Shown here: positions 39,555 through 49,319 of the stretch, piece after piece
Layout of the letters: each line of letters begins with the position of its first letter
How positions within the stretch are numbered: the stretch's first letter is position 1
DNA from: Phycisphaerae bacterium
GTDB lineage: Bacteria; Planctomycetota; Phycisphaerae; SM23-33
Length of the DNA stretch: 64,000 nt
NCBI GenBank assembly: GCA_018335035.1
Contig: JAGXKT010000010.1
Coordinates: forward strand, 28 to 64,027
Direction: 5' to 3'
Program-made: the position numbers and the translations under genes
Notes under the pieces: generated by a model
Seen by the model: the letters and a program-made list of their open reading frames with translations, nothing else
Told to the model about the DNA's origin: nothing
Databases searched by the model: none

Positions 39555-40837
39555 AGCGTCTCGCCGGCTTTGGACACGTAGAGCCGCCCGGCGCTGCGGT
39601 GATCGCGCCAGTCGTCCAGGTCAATGCTTGCCGGGTCGCGATAGCCGAGGTTAATTCTGCGGCAGGTCGCCTCGTCGATGCCTGTGGCCAGCGTGACCTG
39701 AATTCGCGGCCGCTCCACGCCGTCGGCGTACGTGCCAATGCCCTTGACGTGCGTCGAATGGGCCAGCACGCCCCAGGGGTAGTCCTTGAAAGCATCCCAC
39801 TGGGCAAGAAAGTAATCCCGCGTGTGATAGCCGACCTGCTCGATGACGGCGCCGTGTGTGGCTGACAACTCCGTGATGTGCGGGGCGTAGATAATCAGCT
39901 CGCCGCCGTCGGCGACGACCGGTTCGAGCTTGTACATGCACTTGGCGCCGACCCACAGTTCGTCGTACATCGCCGGCGCCGCACTCAGCACGCTGTCGAA
40001 CGGATGATTGAGGTACGTCACGTTACACCGGCTCGACAGTTGGGCCGCGGCCTCCCACGCCTGAACCGCGTCGCCGACGTACAGGCCGACCAGGTCCGCA
40101 CCGTCGATAACCATCGTCAGCGCGGCCGTCGGAGTGGGCACCATCTCCAGCGCCGCGTGGAGCAGCGCGCGCACGGGTGTGTGCAGGTTGCCGATGATCT
40201 TCGGACACGAGATCACTGCCCCGAGCCAGTGGAAGAAGTTCAACAGCGCCTCGCCGCAGATACCGGGGAAGAAGTACTTTGCCCCGCCGGAGAAGCCCAC
40301 CACCTCGTGCGGGAACACCGGCCCGCAGATCAGCACGCGGTCGTATTCGAGCACTTTGCGGTTAATCGTCACTTCGACGTCCATGGCGAACCGCCCGCCC
40401 GTGATGCGTTCGATTTCGTCGGACGGCAGCGCCCCAAGCGTCGCCAGCGCGTCGGGGTTCTGCCAGGCGTGGTTGAATATGCGCGACTCGCCGAAGACGT
40501 CAGCCCGCCGTCCGGGCTCGCACCCGAGCAGCGCGTCGATTCGCGGCTCGCTGAGCGGCGGATGTGTGCCCAGTGCGATCAGGAAGTCCACGCGCCGAGC
40601 CCGCGGGGCCAGCGCCGTGTGCAGCGCCCGGCTGATCCGCGGAAGCGGGCAGGTCCGCGTGTGGTCGGGAATGACGACCAGCACGTCCTTTCCGTCGGCG
40701 TCGAGCCCGCCCGCAAGCCCGGCGACGATTCGCCCGATCGTCTCGTCGGGCAGCGCCCCATCGGGTTGTCCCTGGCCGATCAGTTCCATTATGCTCGCAA
40801 CCGGCGTTGGCAACTGGTCGATACAATGGTACGCCAT
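39512..40837 (-). CDS. LarA-family (nickel-pincer-nucleotide-dependent lactate racemase-like) protein
   Basis: DUF2088/LarA blocks: VVIPDHTRTCP, LIALGTHPPLS, GFSGGAKYFFPG. Start set at MAYH (40837). The track start 40891 would overlap the divergent ATG at 40890. Confidence 0.65.
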   Translation of the reverse strand: MAYHCIDQLPTPVASIMELIGQGQPDGALPDETIGRIVAGLAGGLDADGKDVLVVIPDHTRTCPLPRISRALHTALAPRARRVDFLIALGTHPPLSEPRIDALLGCEPGRRADVFGESRIFNHAWQNPDALATLGALPSDEIERITGGRFAMDVEVTINRKVLEYDRVLICGPVFPHEVVGFSGGAKYFFPGICGEALLNFFHWLGAVISCPKIIGNLHTPVRALLHAALEMVPTPTAALTMVIDGADLVGLYVGDAVQAWEAAAQLSSRCNVTYLNHPFDSVLSAAPAMYDELWVGAKCMYKLEPVVADGGELIIYAPHITELSATHGAVIEQVGYHTRDYFLAQWDAFKDYPWGVLAHSTHVKGIGTYADGVERPRIQVTLATGIDEATCRRINLGYRDPASIDLDDWRDHRSAGRLYVSKAGETLYKLADPPAWQAPD

Positions 40838-40889
40838 GGCGGGGACGGACACAAAGGCCCCCGGCGCAGGAAGTTCAAGGACAAGCAAC

Positions 40890-42638
40890 ATGATAGCCGT
40901 ACACGTAACGCACGAGGCCGTCGAGCAGATGGGGGGTATCGGCGCCGTGATCGCTGGGTTGGGTACGGCGCGGGCCTATGACGAGGCGATCAGCCGGACG
41001 GTGCTTCTGGGCCCGTTGATGCGAACCGACCAGCCGGTCAACCGCCGGCTCGGCGAGGGCGGCAAGCTGCTGTACAGCTCGCTGGACGCGATACACACGG
41101 CCCCCTGGAGCGACCGCTTCCGCCCCATCGAGCGGACGTACGACGTGGGGGTCACCTACGGCACGCGCCCGGTTCGCGCCGCCTGCTCGAACAAGACCGT
41201 CGAGGCCGAAGTCCTCCTGCTGGACGTGTTCCACGCCAACCGCGACCGCCTCAATCTGTTCAAGGGCGAGCTGTACCGCAAGTTCGCCGTCCCGAGTGAT
41301 CAGTTCGAGCACACCTGGGAGTACGAGCAATACGTGCGTCTGGCTGAGCCGGGCTTCGAGGCGCTCAAGGCGATCGGGTGCGACGAGAGCGACGAGCGGG
41401 TGGTGATCCTCGCCCACGAGTACATGGGCATGCCCACGGCGTTGAAGGCGGTTCTGTCCGGCGGGCCCAACACGCGGACCGTCTTCTACGCGCACGAGGT
41501 CGCCTCGGTCCGCCCCGTCGTGGAAACCGCGCCGGGGCACGATACGATGTTCTACAACGTCCTGCCGCTGGCGCGTCGTCGCGGGCAGTGGCTGGAGGAC
41601 GTCTTCGATGAGGTAGTGACGAATTTCAAGCACCCGCTGGTCAAGGCGGCGCGCTACTGCGATCACGTCTTCGCCGTCGGCGATCGCATCCGCGATGAGC
41701 TGTGTTTCGTCGATCCGCACTTCGAAACGATGGGCGTGGACCTGGTCTACAACGGCATCCCCGCCGGCCGCATCACGCGCGACCAACGCACCGACAGCCG
41801 CGAGCGCCTCGCCCGGTACGCCGAGAGACTCTTCGGCGACAGGCCGACTTGGCTGTTCAGCCACGTCTGCCGTCCGGTCGTCTCCAAGGGCATCTGGCGT
41901 GACCTGGCCGTGCTGGACACGTTGGAGTCCCTGCTCGCCCGACGCGGCGAGACGTGCGTGTACTTCATGCTGGGCACACTCGCCGGCAAGCGCCGCACCC
42001 CCGATGTCCGACAGATGGAGCGCGTGTACGGCTGGCCGGTATACCACGAGCATGGCTATCCCGACCTCTGCGGCGGCGAGGAGCAACTCGGTGAAATGTT
42101 TGACATCTTCAACCGGGACCGCGAGGCCTGCCGCGCCGTTCTGGTCAACCAATGGGGCTGGAGCCGCGACGCCTGCGGCGACCGCATGCCCGCCGAGACG
42201 ACCTTCGCTGACTTGCGGCGCGGAACGGACCTGGAGTTCGGGCTAAGCGTCTACGAGCCGTTCGGCATCAGCCAGTTCGAACCGCTGGCGTCCGGCGCCC
42301 TGTGCGCGGTATCGAACGTCTGCGGCTGCATGGGTCTGGCCCGACGGGAGGCCGGCGCGGACGGCTTCGACGACAACATCATCGTCGGCGACTTCCTGCA
42401 CGCCCCGGAGGGACTGAGCATCGAGCAGTTGGTCTCCATGCCCGTCGACCAGCGCGACGCCATCGAGGCCGACGAAGCCGCCCGCCTGGCGGAGATCATC
42501 GACGCCAAGCTCCCCCGCGATGAGGACACGATCCACAGCAGGATGGCGCAAGGACAAGCCCTTGCCGAACGGATGAGCTGGGAACACGTGGTGTCCGACT
42601 ACATCCTGCCGTCACTCCAGCGGGCGTCCGAGACGTAG
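40890..42638 (+). CDS. Glycosyltransferase, putatively GT3 glycogen(starch)-synthase-like
   Basis: N-terminus MIAVHVTHEAVEQMGGIGAVIAGL resembles the GT3 'EVAWEVANKVGGIYTVI' start. Start set at the ATG inside the longer track ORF (40134); the upstream part of that ORF is antisense to larA. Family call is tentative. Confidence 0.5.
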   Translation: MIAVHVTHEAVEQMGGIGAVIAGLGTARAYDEAISRTVLLGPLMRTDQPVNRRLGEGGKLLYSSLDAIHTAPWSDRFRPIERTYDVGVTYGTRPVRAACSNKTVEAEVLLLDVFHANRDRLNLFKGELYRKFAVPSDQFEHTWEYEQYVRLAEPGFEALKAIGCDESDERVVILAHEYMGMPTALKAVLSGGPNTRTVFYAHEVASVRPVVETAPGHDTMFYNVLPLARRRGQWLEDVFDEVVTNFKHPLVKAARYCDHVFAVGDRIRDELCFVDPHFETMGVDLVYNGIPAGRITRDQRTDSRERLARYAERLFGDRPTWLFSHVCRPVVSKGIWRDLAVLDTLESLLARRGETCVYFMLGTLAGKRRTPDVRQMERVYGWPVYHEHGYPDLCGGEEQLGEMFDIFNRDREACRAVLVNQWGWSRDACGDRMPAETTFADLRRGTDLEFGLSVYEPFGISQFEPLASGALCAVSNVCGCMGLARREAGADGFDDNIIVGDFLHAPEGLSIEQLVSMPVDQRDAIEADEAARLAEIIDAKLPRDEDTIHSRMAQGQALAERMSWEHVVSDYILPSLQRASET

Positions 42639-42786
42639 CTACGCTGCCGGCCAGGGCCCCGCAGGGGATACACAGGGATGATTTGAGGGATGGGCCGCGT
42701 CACTCGGAACGCGCGCAATGGGCCGCCGCACAAGCCCGGTGCTTCTTCAACGGGTCAACGAATTAACGAATCCACGAGCCAACGGC

Positions 42787-45528
42787 CTACTTCACTTCCG
42801 TCATCAACAGCACGGCCGGGCGGTCGTCGGCGCCGTAGCAGTTTCCGCGGTCGATAACGGCCAGGTAGTGCCACGTGCCCTGTTCATCATCATCGGCGTC
42901 GCGCAGTTCAACGCGGATCGTAGCGGCGTACGTATCGCTCTGCGTGGTGATGACGTTCGCCACGGACGTGTACAGCAGATTGACGGCGACGGCGTAATTG
43001 GCGGTGCCTTCATTGGCCAGGCCGGCAAAATGGTCGACGACGTAGTCACCCAATGGCACGGCCAGTTCGCCGGGCGTCATATATCCGGGGTGGTTGCTGC
43101 TGCCGCGCAGGCCGGCAATGCCGGTCGCCCCCGCCCGCGACATGTAGTCGCGACTGCCGCCGATATGCGCCGCGTAGCGGTACGCCAGGATGTAGTCGCA
43201 CAGCGTGTTGCGTCGCGCCGTGGTGATATTCGGCTCGCTCGACCCGTCGTCCACGCCGTTGCCGTTGAGGTCGAAGTACGTCGGAAACGGCAAGCGAAAC
43301 AGTACCTCGCGAGGGGCGGTGTTGATGTTCACGCGCCCGTAGACGCGTGTGTGCGTATTGGCCGGTGCCGGTCCAGGCGCCTCGCGGGTGTCGTCGCCGG
43401 GAATCTGCTCGAGCAGTTCGCCCACCACCGTCGACCAGGGCACGTCGGCGTAATCGCCGCCGCCCAGATCGGGGCTCCGCCAATTCAGCTTGCCGCGCGA
43501 TGCACTGGTGGCGTACGAACTTTCGAGTTGGTGGGGCAGGTCGTTGCCATCGTCGTCCGGGCCGGTCACGAAGATGTCCGTCAACTGCCCCAGACTGTAC
43601 GGATCGCCGTGGAGCACGTCGACATCGAATCCTTCGTAGCAGGTGTCGCGCTCCATGTCGCTCGTGTCAACGTTGTTGGCCACGCCCAGGCGATGGGACC
43701 CATCCTCGTAGCGATCGTAGACGGCGACGGCGCAGCGCTGCCGCGACGCGCCGTCGTCACGACGTGCGTCCTTCGTTTCCGCTTCATCGTTTGCAACGTT
43801 CGTCGCCTCGTACTCAAGTTCATCCGCCGAGACGCTGTCGACGCGAACCTGCACGCTCGTCGCATTGCGGACGAGGCGCTTGGTGGACTCCGTGAAATCC
43901 GTGATCCAGTTGCATTGCACCCAGTTGCTCCCCGGCGGCGGATCGAATACGTCCGCCACGGTCGCAGGGGTGCTCGTTTCCTTGTCCCAGTTGTACAGCA
44001 CGCAGCGCGCGCCGGGCGCAAGTGTGATGTTCAAGGGCCCCAGCGATCCACCCTCGAACAGGTAATTGTTCAAGCTGATTTGGCGGGACGTGGGGTTGAA
44101 GATTTCCACGGCCGCCCCCCAGACCCAGTCGCCCGGCACCGTGTCACCGTTGTAATCGGGGTTGTGCATGGCGAAGGCCTCGGAGATGACCGGCCCGTCG
44201 ATGACACCGTAGACGACCTTCTCGAGCGTGGCCGGATTCCCGTCGTGGTCGTAGCTGTAATCGAAGGCCTCCGAGGTGTCGTAATCGCTCAGGTACGCCC
44301 ACAGATTGGCCACAAAATGCGCCGCGTCCGTGCGTGGGGCGCCGGCGGCGACCAGTTCACCGAACAGGGCGTCGCGGGCGCTGGCGCTGCCGCGGATGTC
44401 GGACAAGGTCAACCGGCGCAGGAAGGGCTGCCCGCCGATCGTTCCCGGCCGGCGAACCACAACCCGCGAGGCGTTGTAGGTGGTCATCAGCGCGCGATCG
44501 GCGGCGGATGTCAGCTCCGCGCCGTTGTGGGTCAAGCCCTGGTACAGGCGGCTCGTGTCGACCACGGCCGACGAGGACAACCAGCGCAGAAGCACCTCGT
44601 CGCCGACGGAGAACGGGCGGGCGCCGCCCGTCGGGCTCAGCGGGTGCAGTGCGATCTGCTCGTGAATGCCCAGCGGCTCTTCACTGCCCGCCGCGGTGCC
44701 CTGCCGCTGCGCGTTGATGCCCAAAATGCGCTCGCCGATCAAATTCTGAAGATCAATGTACACCGGTGCCAGGTAGTCCGGGTAGTCCCACGTATCGACC
44801 TGGTCGTCGTCAAAGCAGATGCTGACGTTAAGCATGCCCGACAGATCGACCACGTTGACGGCCACGTGATACGTCCGTCCGTTGACGTCGGATATGCCCG
44901 TGTCGATCAGATACGCGTCCTCGGCGTTGTCATCATCGGTATCGACGAAGGTCGTGGACGTCCCGAACACGTCGCTGAGGCGCCGACCGGGCGGCGAGTC
45001 GACCGCATTGGCCTGAGACGACAGATGGGCGTCGATGTCGTCGGACGGACAATCGATGAAACGCCGCCATCGCTCGGCGGGTCCCGCGCCGCCGGCGCCG
45101 ACGTTCACGTACGGCCAATTGCCGCCGCCGATGTGCAGGTCGTCTTTGAGCAAGTCGCAGACGCGTTCCAAGGCCCCGCGCGCCACCGGTTCGGCGCGGT
45201 GCTTGACCGTCAGCGACGCGGTGCTCCGCGCATGCGAGTGCGAGATGATCAGAAACGTCCCGCCCAGCATGGCGAGGATCGTCAAGAGCCCGACGACCAG
45301 CAACAACGCCGAGCCGCGGCGTGCGCGTCCGTATGGACTGCGCCGTGTGCGGCCGTACGGGACAGCGTGATTGGCGTGCCTGCCTGACGCCCCCCCCGCC
45401 AAACCACGACGCCCGCCGCGCGTGTCGTGGGTGCCATGGTTTGCCCTCGCGCCGTCCGCGAGGGCAACCATGCCGAATGCTGCGTGCAGGCCCGCGGCCG
45501 CTCGGATTCTTCTTTTTGATCTCGTCAT
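42787..45528 (-). CDS. gspK: Giant GspK-like minor pseudopilin (T2SS protein K family), ~910 aa
   Basis: N-terminal TM RRGSALLLVVGLLTILAMLGGTFLII. VNINTAPREVLFRLP is a GspK-type helix-hairpin-helix. Start uncertain: ATG 45528 (MTRSKRRIRAAAG, GGAG ~15 nt upstream) or ATG 45471, which lies inside a hairpin repeat. The track start 45729 is unlikely. Confidence 0.55.
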   Translation of the reverse strand: MTRSKRRIRAAAGLHAAFGMVALADGARANHGTHDTRGGRRGLAGGASGRHANHAVPYGRTRRSPYGRARRGSALLLVVGLLTILAMLGGTFLIISHSHARSTASLTVKHRAEPVARGALERVCDLLKDDLHIGGGNWPYVNVGAGGAGPAERWRRFIDCPSDDIDAHLSSQANAVDSPPGRRLSDVFGTSTTFVDTDDDNAEDAYLIDTGISDVNGRTYHVAVNVVDLSGMLNVSICFDDDQVDTWDYPDYLAPVYIDLQNLIGERILGINAQRQGTAAGSEEPLGIHEQIALHPLSPTGGARPFSVGDEVLLRWLSSSAVVDTSRLYQGLTHNGAELTSAADRALMTTYNASRVVVRRPGTIGGQPFLRRLTLSDIRGSASARDALFGELVAAGAPRTDAAHFVANLWAYLSDYDTSEAFDYSYDHDGNPATLEKVVYGVIDGPVISEAFAMHNPDYNGDTVPGDWVWGAAVEIFNPTSRQISLNNYLFEGGSLGPLNITLAPGARCVLYNWDKETSTPATVADVFDPPPGSNWVQCNWITDFTESTKRLVRNATSVQVRVDSVSADELEYEATNVANDEAETKDARRDDGASRQRCAVAVYDRYEDGSHRLGVANNVDTSDMERDTCYEGFDVDVLHGDPYSLGQLTDIFVTGPDDDGNDLPHQLESSYATSASRGKLNWRSPDLGGGDYADVPWSTVVGELLEQIPGDDTREAPGPAPANTHTRVYGRVNINTAPREVLFRLPFPTYFDLNGNGVDDGSSEPNITTARRNTLCDYILAYRYAAHIGGSRDYMSRAGATGIAGLRGSSNHPGYMTPGELAVPLGDYVVDHFAGLANEGTANYAVAVNLLYTSVANVITTQSDTYAATIRVELRDADDDEQGTWHYLAVIDRGNCYGADDRPAVLLMTEVK

Positions 45529-45712
45529 GGTTACTGCTCGCTTCTCCCCCCGCGGACCCGACAGGCGGGACGCTCGTCCACAACAACGGCCTACGGCGGC
45601 TGCCCCGGCTTGCCCGTGCGTTGTCGGCACGGGCAACCATGCCGGATGCCAAGCATCGCGTGGTTGGTTCGCCTGCCTGACGGCAGGCGCGCCAAGCCAC
45701 GGCATCCCGCCT
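45375..45712. repeat. Patch of dispersed short direct repeats and hairpins (REP-like) in the gspJ/gspK junction and gspK 5' region
   Basis: Hairpin 1: catggtttgccctcgcg-ccgtc-cgcgagggcaaccatg (45435-45472). Hairpin 2: ttgcccgtgc-gttgtcg-gcacgggcaa (45610-45636). Both are followed by GGGCAACCATGCCG[A/G]ATGC. GCCTGCCTGACG occurs at 45378 and 45671, the second copy in the hairpin gcctgcc-tgac-ggcaggc. CGCCAA[A/G]CCACG[A/G]C..CCCGCC occurs at 45397 and 45689. Confidence 0.5.
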
Positions 45713-45733
45713 GTAGTACAGCAAAGCACGGCA

Positions 45734-46579
45734 TTACCGCCCGACGGGGCAGATCACCTCGTAGCGATACTCGTCTTCGCCGGCGCCGCGCATCTCTTCC
45801 GGAAGCGTGGGATCGACCAGGCGAAAGCGAAAGCGAATCGCCATGGGCCAGTCGTTTTGGTCGTGATGCGTCCAGAGTTCCGACGTCGTCTGCCATTGCA
45901 GCGCGGTACCGACCACACTTCCGTCGGTCCATGCGATCTCCAGCTCCGTGCACCAGGCCGAGAGAACCTGCCACACCTCGCCGAGTTGGCTCAGGTTGGT
46001 CGGCGGCACGGTCAGTTGGTCGTTGTAGCTCCCGCTGCACAGCGACGTGCACCACGCCTGCATCTGCGGCCTGGCGGCGGCCTGAATGTCGCCCTGCGTG
46101 ACGTTGTTTCCGCCGAGGCGGAAGATGTCCGGGTCATCTCCCGACGGCGAGAGGACGTATCCGGCCCGCCACAAAATGAACTCCTCGTCGGCGGCATCCG
46201 CCTTCGGCCGGGCGCCGAGGCATACCACGGCGCCGTTTCCGCGGACCGGTCCGGTCACGCTGGGCGTCGGTCCGGCGGCGGTTATGATGAGCCTGGGCCG
46301 GCCGTCGTCGTCGTAACCCAGGTACAGGAAGCCCTGCTGGCTGGCGCGTTTGATGTCGCGGCGGAGCACGCTGGTGATCGCCGCGGCCTTGGCGTTGGCG
46401 CGCATCGCGCTCTGAGCGGTACTGACCACCCGGTGGCTCTGGGAGAACACGACACTGAAGCCCAGCAGCAGGATGGCCAGCACCGCCACGGCGACGATCA
46501 ACTCCATCAGGGTCATGCCGCTCCGCCACCGGGGCGCCGCCAAGCGGCGATAAGCGTTTTGTTTGCGAATCCGGTTCAT
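45734..46579 (-). CDS. Pseudopilin with prepilin-type N-terminus (GspJ-like by position)
   Basis: Start set at MNRIRKQNAYRRLAAPRWRSGMTLMELIVAVAVLAILLLGFS. The track start 46795 is R-rich. Confidence 0.6.
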   Translation of the reverse strand: MNRIRKQNAYRRLAAPRWRSGMTLMELIVAVAVLAILLLGFSVVFSQSHRVVSTAQSAMRANAKAAAITSVLRRDIKRASQQGFLYLGYDDDGRPRLIITAAGPTPSVTGPVRGNGAVVCLGARPKADAADEEFILWRAGYVLSPSGDDPDIFRLGGNNVTQGDIQAAARPQMQAWCTSLCSGSYNDQLTVPPTNLSQLGEVWQVLSAWCTELEIAWTDGSVVGTALQWQTTSELWTHHDQNDWPMAIRFRFRLVDPTLPEEMRGAGEDEYRYEVICPVGR

Positions 46580-46592
46580 CTTCCAGTCTCTA

Positions 46593-47297
46593 CTACTCCG
46601 GCAGCGACGTCCGGGTCGAATGCACGTACATCGCCGGGCTGCGCGTGGCGGTCGCCTCGGCGACGACATAGACGCTACGCTCGTTATCGGTCGGCAACGT
46701 GTCGTGTGCCGCGTCGAGATAGGCCGTCGCACCATCCAGCCGCACGATCCACCCGTAGTGACCGACGTCGTCCCCGTCCGGGCCGCTGCGCGCAATCACC
46801 GGTGAGCCGACCTGCAGATCCGTCGCGTCTTCAAATACCGCCACCATGCGATCCTCGTTGTCCGGGTCGTTGGACATCGTCGCTCGCTTTCTGACCAGAC
46901 GCGGGTTGCCGCCTTCGGTCTGGCGGCGGTAGGCCACGACCACAAGGTGGTAGTCGTTGACATCCGCCGTCACATATCGAGCCGTCAGAAAAAAGCCGAA
47001 GTCGCTGTCGCTGTCGCCCACGGGATAGGTGGCGTTGTCATGCCCGATCGCGGCGGTCTGGTTGGTAAGCCACCTGGAAGGAACGTCGGTCTGTCTGAGG
47101 CGCACGCGCGCGAGCGTCAGTGCGTTCTCACAGATGCTCTCGCCGATGACGTCGTTGACGGACCGTTGCGTTTCGGTCAGCGCGGCCGGGAACACCGCCG
47201 CCACCATCGACATGCCCGTCGCCAGAACGCCCAGGGCGATGAGCAACTCGGCCAGCGTGAAGGCCGGACGGCATCGGGTTGTGGTGAATCCTGGCAT
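46593..47297 (-). CDS. Pseudopilin with prepilin-type N-terminus (GspI-like by position)
   Basis: MPGFTTTRCRPAFTLAELLIALGVLATGMSMVAAV. 13-nt gap to the next gene. Confidence 0.6.
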   Translation of the reverse strand: MPGFTTTRCRPAFTLAELLIALGVLATGMSMVAAVFPAALTETQRSVNDVIGESICENALTLARVRLRQTDVPSRWLTNQTAAIGHDNATYPVGDSDSDFGFFLTARYVTADVNDYHLVVVAYRRQTEGGNPRLVRKRATMSNDPDNEDRMVAVFEDATDLQVGSPVIARSGPDGDDVGHYGWIVRLDGATAYLDAAHDTLPTDNERSVYVVAEATATRSPAMYVHSTRTSLPE

Positions 47298-47298
47298 G

Positions 47299-48090
47299 CT
47301 ACTTCCTCTCGAACAACTGACCGGTGTGGACGTTGATGGGGATCAACTGCCCGTGGGTATTGAGGTAGTCGGCGCGATCGTCGGCACCGCCGGTCCGGAA
47401 GTCGATTGAGTTGAACATCGTCACCGCCGTCGTTCCGGCCTCGCCGCTTGCCTCGCCATGGTCCCAGATGGCCCCGTCGCCGGTGAACACGTTGTCGCCA
47501 CTGTTGAAAAGGACGTTGCCGCCCTCCACGTTCGGCACGACCGCCCCGGACGGCGAGAAGACGATCGTGAACGTGGTAAAGTCGTCCAACGCGCTCTGAG
47601 AACTCATGTCCTCGAAGTCACCGGAATCATCGACGAAATCCGTCTCGCCGGTCAGTTGCCCGAACCAGTAGAGGCCGGGAACGCGACGCGGATCGTAGCC
47701 GTAGCCCACGGCATTGCTGAATCGCCCGCTGGCGGGGCTGCGTATCACCACGGCCATGAAGCAAACGTCCTCCAGATCCTCCTGGGCGTTCGGATCGGCC
47801 AACTGGACGTGGACGCCGGCGTACCGTCCCTCGCGAATGGCCAGGGCGCGGGCGGCTGCGAGTTGCCCGGCGAGCAGGTTGTACGCCTGGGCATCGCTGC
47901 CGGCCCCGAAGATGCTCGCCACGCTGGGCAGTGCGATCGCCGCGAGCAGGAGGATGATGCCGCAAACCACGAGCAGTTCGATCAGCGTGAATCCCCCTCG
48001 GCCGGCCGCCGCGCGGGCGGACGGTGCGGCGTGATGCCGCCATGCCCGAAGGGACCGTCGCTGTCCGCTTGTCTCAGTCAGATGTCGCAT
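47299..48090 (-). CDS. Pseudopilin with prepilin-type N-terminus (GspH-like by position)
   Basis: RGGFTLIELLVVCGIILLLAAIALPS. 1-nt gap to the downstream gene. Confidence 0.6.
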   Translation of the reverse strand: MRHLTETSGQRRSLRAWRHHAAPSARAAAGRGGFTLIELLVVCGIILLLAAIALPSVASIFGAGSDAQAYNLLAGQLAAARALAIREGRYAGVHVQLADPNAQEDLEDVCFMAVVIRSPASGRFSNAVGYGYDPRRVPGLYWFGQLTGETDFVDDSGDFEDMSSQSALDDFTTFTIVFSPSGAVVPNVEGGNVLFNSGDNVFTGDGAIWDHGEASGEAGTTAVTMFNSIDFRTGGADDRADYLNTHGQLIPINVHTGQLFERK

Positions 48091-48098
48091 AATCCGTC

Positions 48099-48644
48099 CT
48101 ACTGGCGATCCGAGCGAATGTTGTCTTCTTCGTTGTCGGGGTCGCCGTTAAACTCGCCGTCCGGTCCGGGCGAGATGAGCACGTACGTCCCGCCGAGACC
48201 CTCGGACTGCATGTAGCGCATTTCACGATTGAACCCGTCCAGGATCGGGTTGTGCCCGCCGGTCCAGCAGTCGGCGGGAAGATGGCTCAAAACCTTCGCC
48301 GAGGCCTGGCACTCGCTCAAGTCGCGCATCATGTCATCCGTCGCATGGTCGTCCGCGGAATCCTCCGGCGGCAGGGCGTTGTTGTTCTCGTCGCGATAGG
48401 TGTCGATGGCCTTGCAGACGATGCGTTGAATCAGCACCGTCTTGTCCTTGCCGGCTTTGACGCTGATGTAGCGGCTGACGCCCATCACCAGCGCCAGCAC
48501 AATGCCGATGATCGCCATGACGACCAGCAACTCGATGATCGTGAAGCCGTCGGGCGCCTGATGACGTCCCGCTCGCGGCCGGTTGCGCACGGACCGGCTG
48601 CGGCTATTCCATGTTTGTAATGTCATCGCCTTCATCGGGCTCAT
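48099..48644 (-). CDS. gspG: GspG-family (T2SS major pseudopilin-like) protein, paralog 3
   Basis: DGFTIIELLVVMAIIGIVLALV. GspG-like C-terminus YVLISPGPDGEFNGDPDNEEDNI. Start ambiguous among three in-frame ATGs (48644/48635/48626). Confidence 0.65.
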   Translation of the reverse strand: MSPMKAMTLQTWNSRSRSVRNRPRAGRHQAPDGFTIIELLVVMAIIGIVLALVMGVSRYISVKAGKDKTVLIQRIVCKAIDTYRDENNNALPPEDSADDHATDDMMRDLSECQASAKVLSHLPADCWTGGHNPILDGFNREMRYMQSEGLGGTYVLISPGPDGEFNGDPDNEEDNIRSDRQ

Positions 48645-49311
48645 CTTCGAAATCGCCGTCGATCCCCGGCGTAATCAGCAGATAGTCGCTTCGACGGTAT
48701 TGATTGCCGTCCCTGGCGTAGTCGTTGATGCTGCTCGGGCCGTCGTGGTTGTCTTCCGAGTCATACCCGCCGTCGTAGCGGTAGTACAACACGGGCTGGT
48801 CAAACTGGTCTACGAACGTCGGGGGGCTGCCCCGCATGGGCAATTCCTCGACGCCGTTGTAAGGCCCGTGCTTCTTCTTGCCGCCGGCGACGTGAAACCC
48901 CCACCCGTCCAAGCCGTCGCTGTTCGAATAGCCGGTCAAGTATGCCGCAAGCCGCTGGGCTCCGGAGCCGCCCGGCACCCAATCGGGGTGGCCCTCGTCG
49001 TCGCCGCTGGGAGGAACCTCCTGCCGGAAATCGACGGCATAGGCGTCAACTGCGCCCTCGATGCTTCTGAGGTGCGCACGCGACGTCGACACCTTCACAA
49101 GGCGCAGCGCCCGACCCCCCGCCGGTCCGAGAATGGACATGAGCACCGCCAGGATGGCCAGCGTCACCAGCAGTTCAATCAGCGTGAAACCTGACGATCC
49201 ACGGCTCCTCTCGGCGCGCCGCCTGCGTTGAGCGAATGCCGGCGGAGCGAGCGTAGGGCCCGCCACGGACGGAGGCGTTGGTAGTCGATTGTCGCCGGTT
49301 CGTGAGTTCAC
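48604..49311 (-). CDS. gspG: GspG-family pseudopilin-like protein, paralog 2
   Basis: SGFTLIELLVTLAILAVLMSIL. C-terminus YLLITPGIDGDFEDEPDEGDDITN. The long R-rich leader may be shorter in reality. Confidence 0.65.
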   Translation of the reverse strand: MNSRTGDNRLPTPPSVAGPTLAPPAFAQRRRRAERSRGSSGFTLIELLVTLAILAVLMSILGPAGGRALRLVKVSTSRAHLRSIEGAVDAYAVDFRQEVPPSGDDEGHPDWVPGGSGAQRLAAYLTGYSNSDGLDGWGFHVAGGKKKHGPYNGVEELPMRGSPPTFVDQFDQPVLYYRYDGGYDSEDNHDGPSSINDYARDGNQYRRSDYLLITPGIDGDFEDEPDEGDDITNME

Positions 49312-49319
49312 GAGCTGTC

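Noticed and set aside
42718-45387. 889-aa plus-strand ORF
   Set aside because: Antisense shadow of the gspK-like gene. No recognisable motifs.
45375-45712. Possible CRISPR array
   Set aside because: The repeats are short, of different kinds, irregularly spaced and partly inverted. There are no regularly spaced identical repeats and no cas genes.
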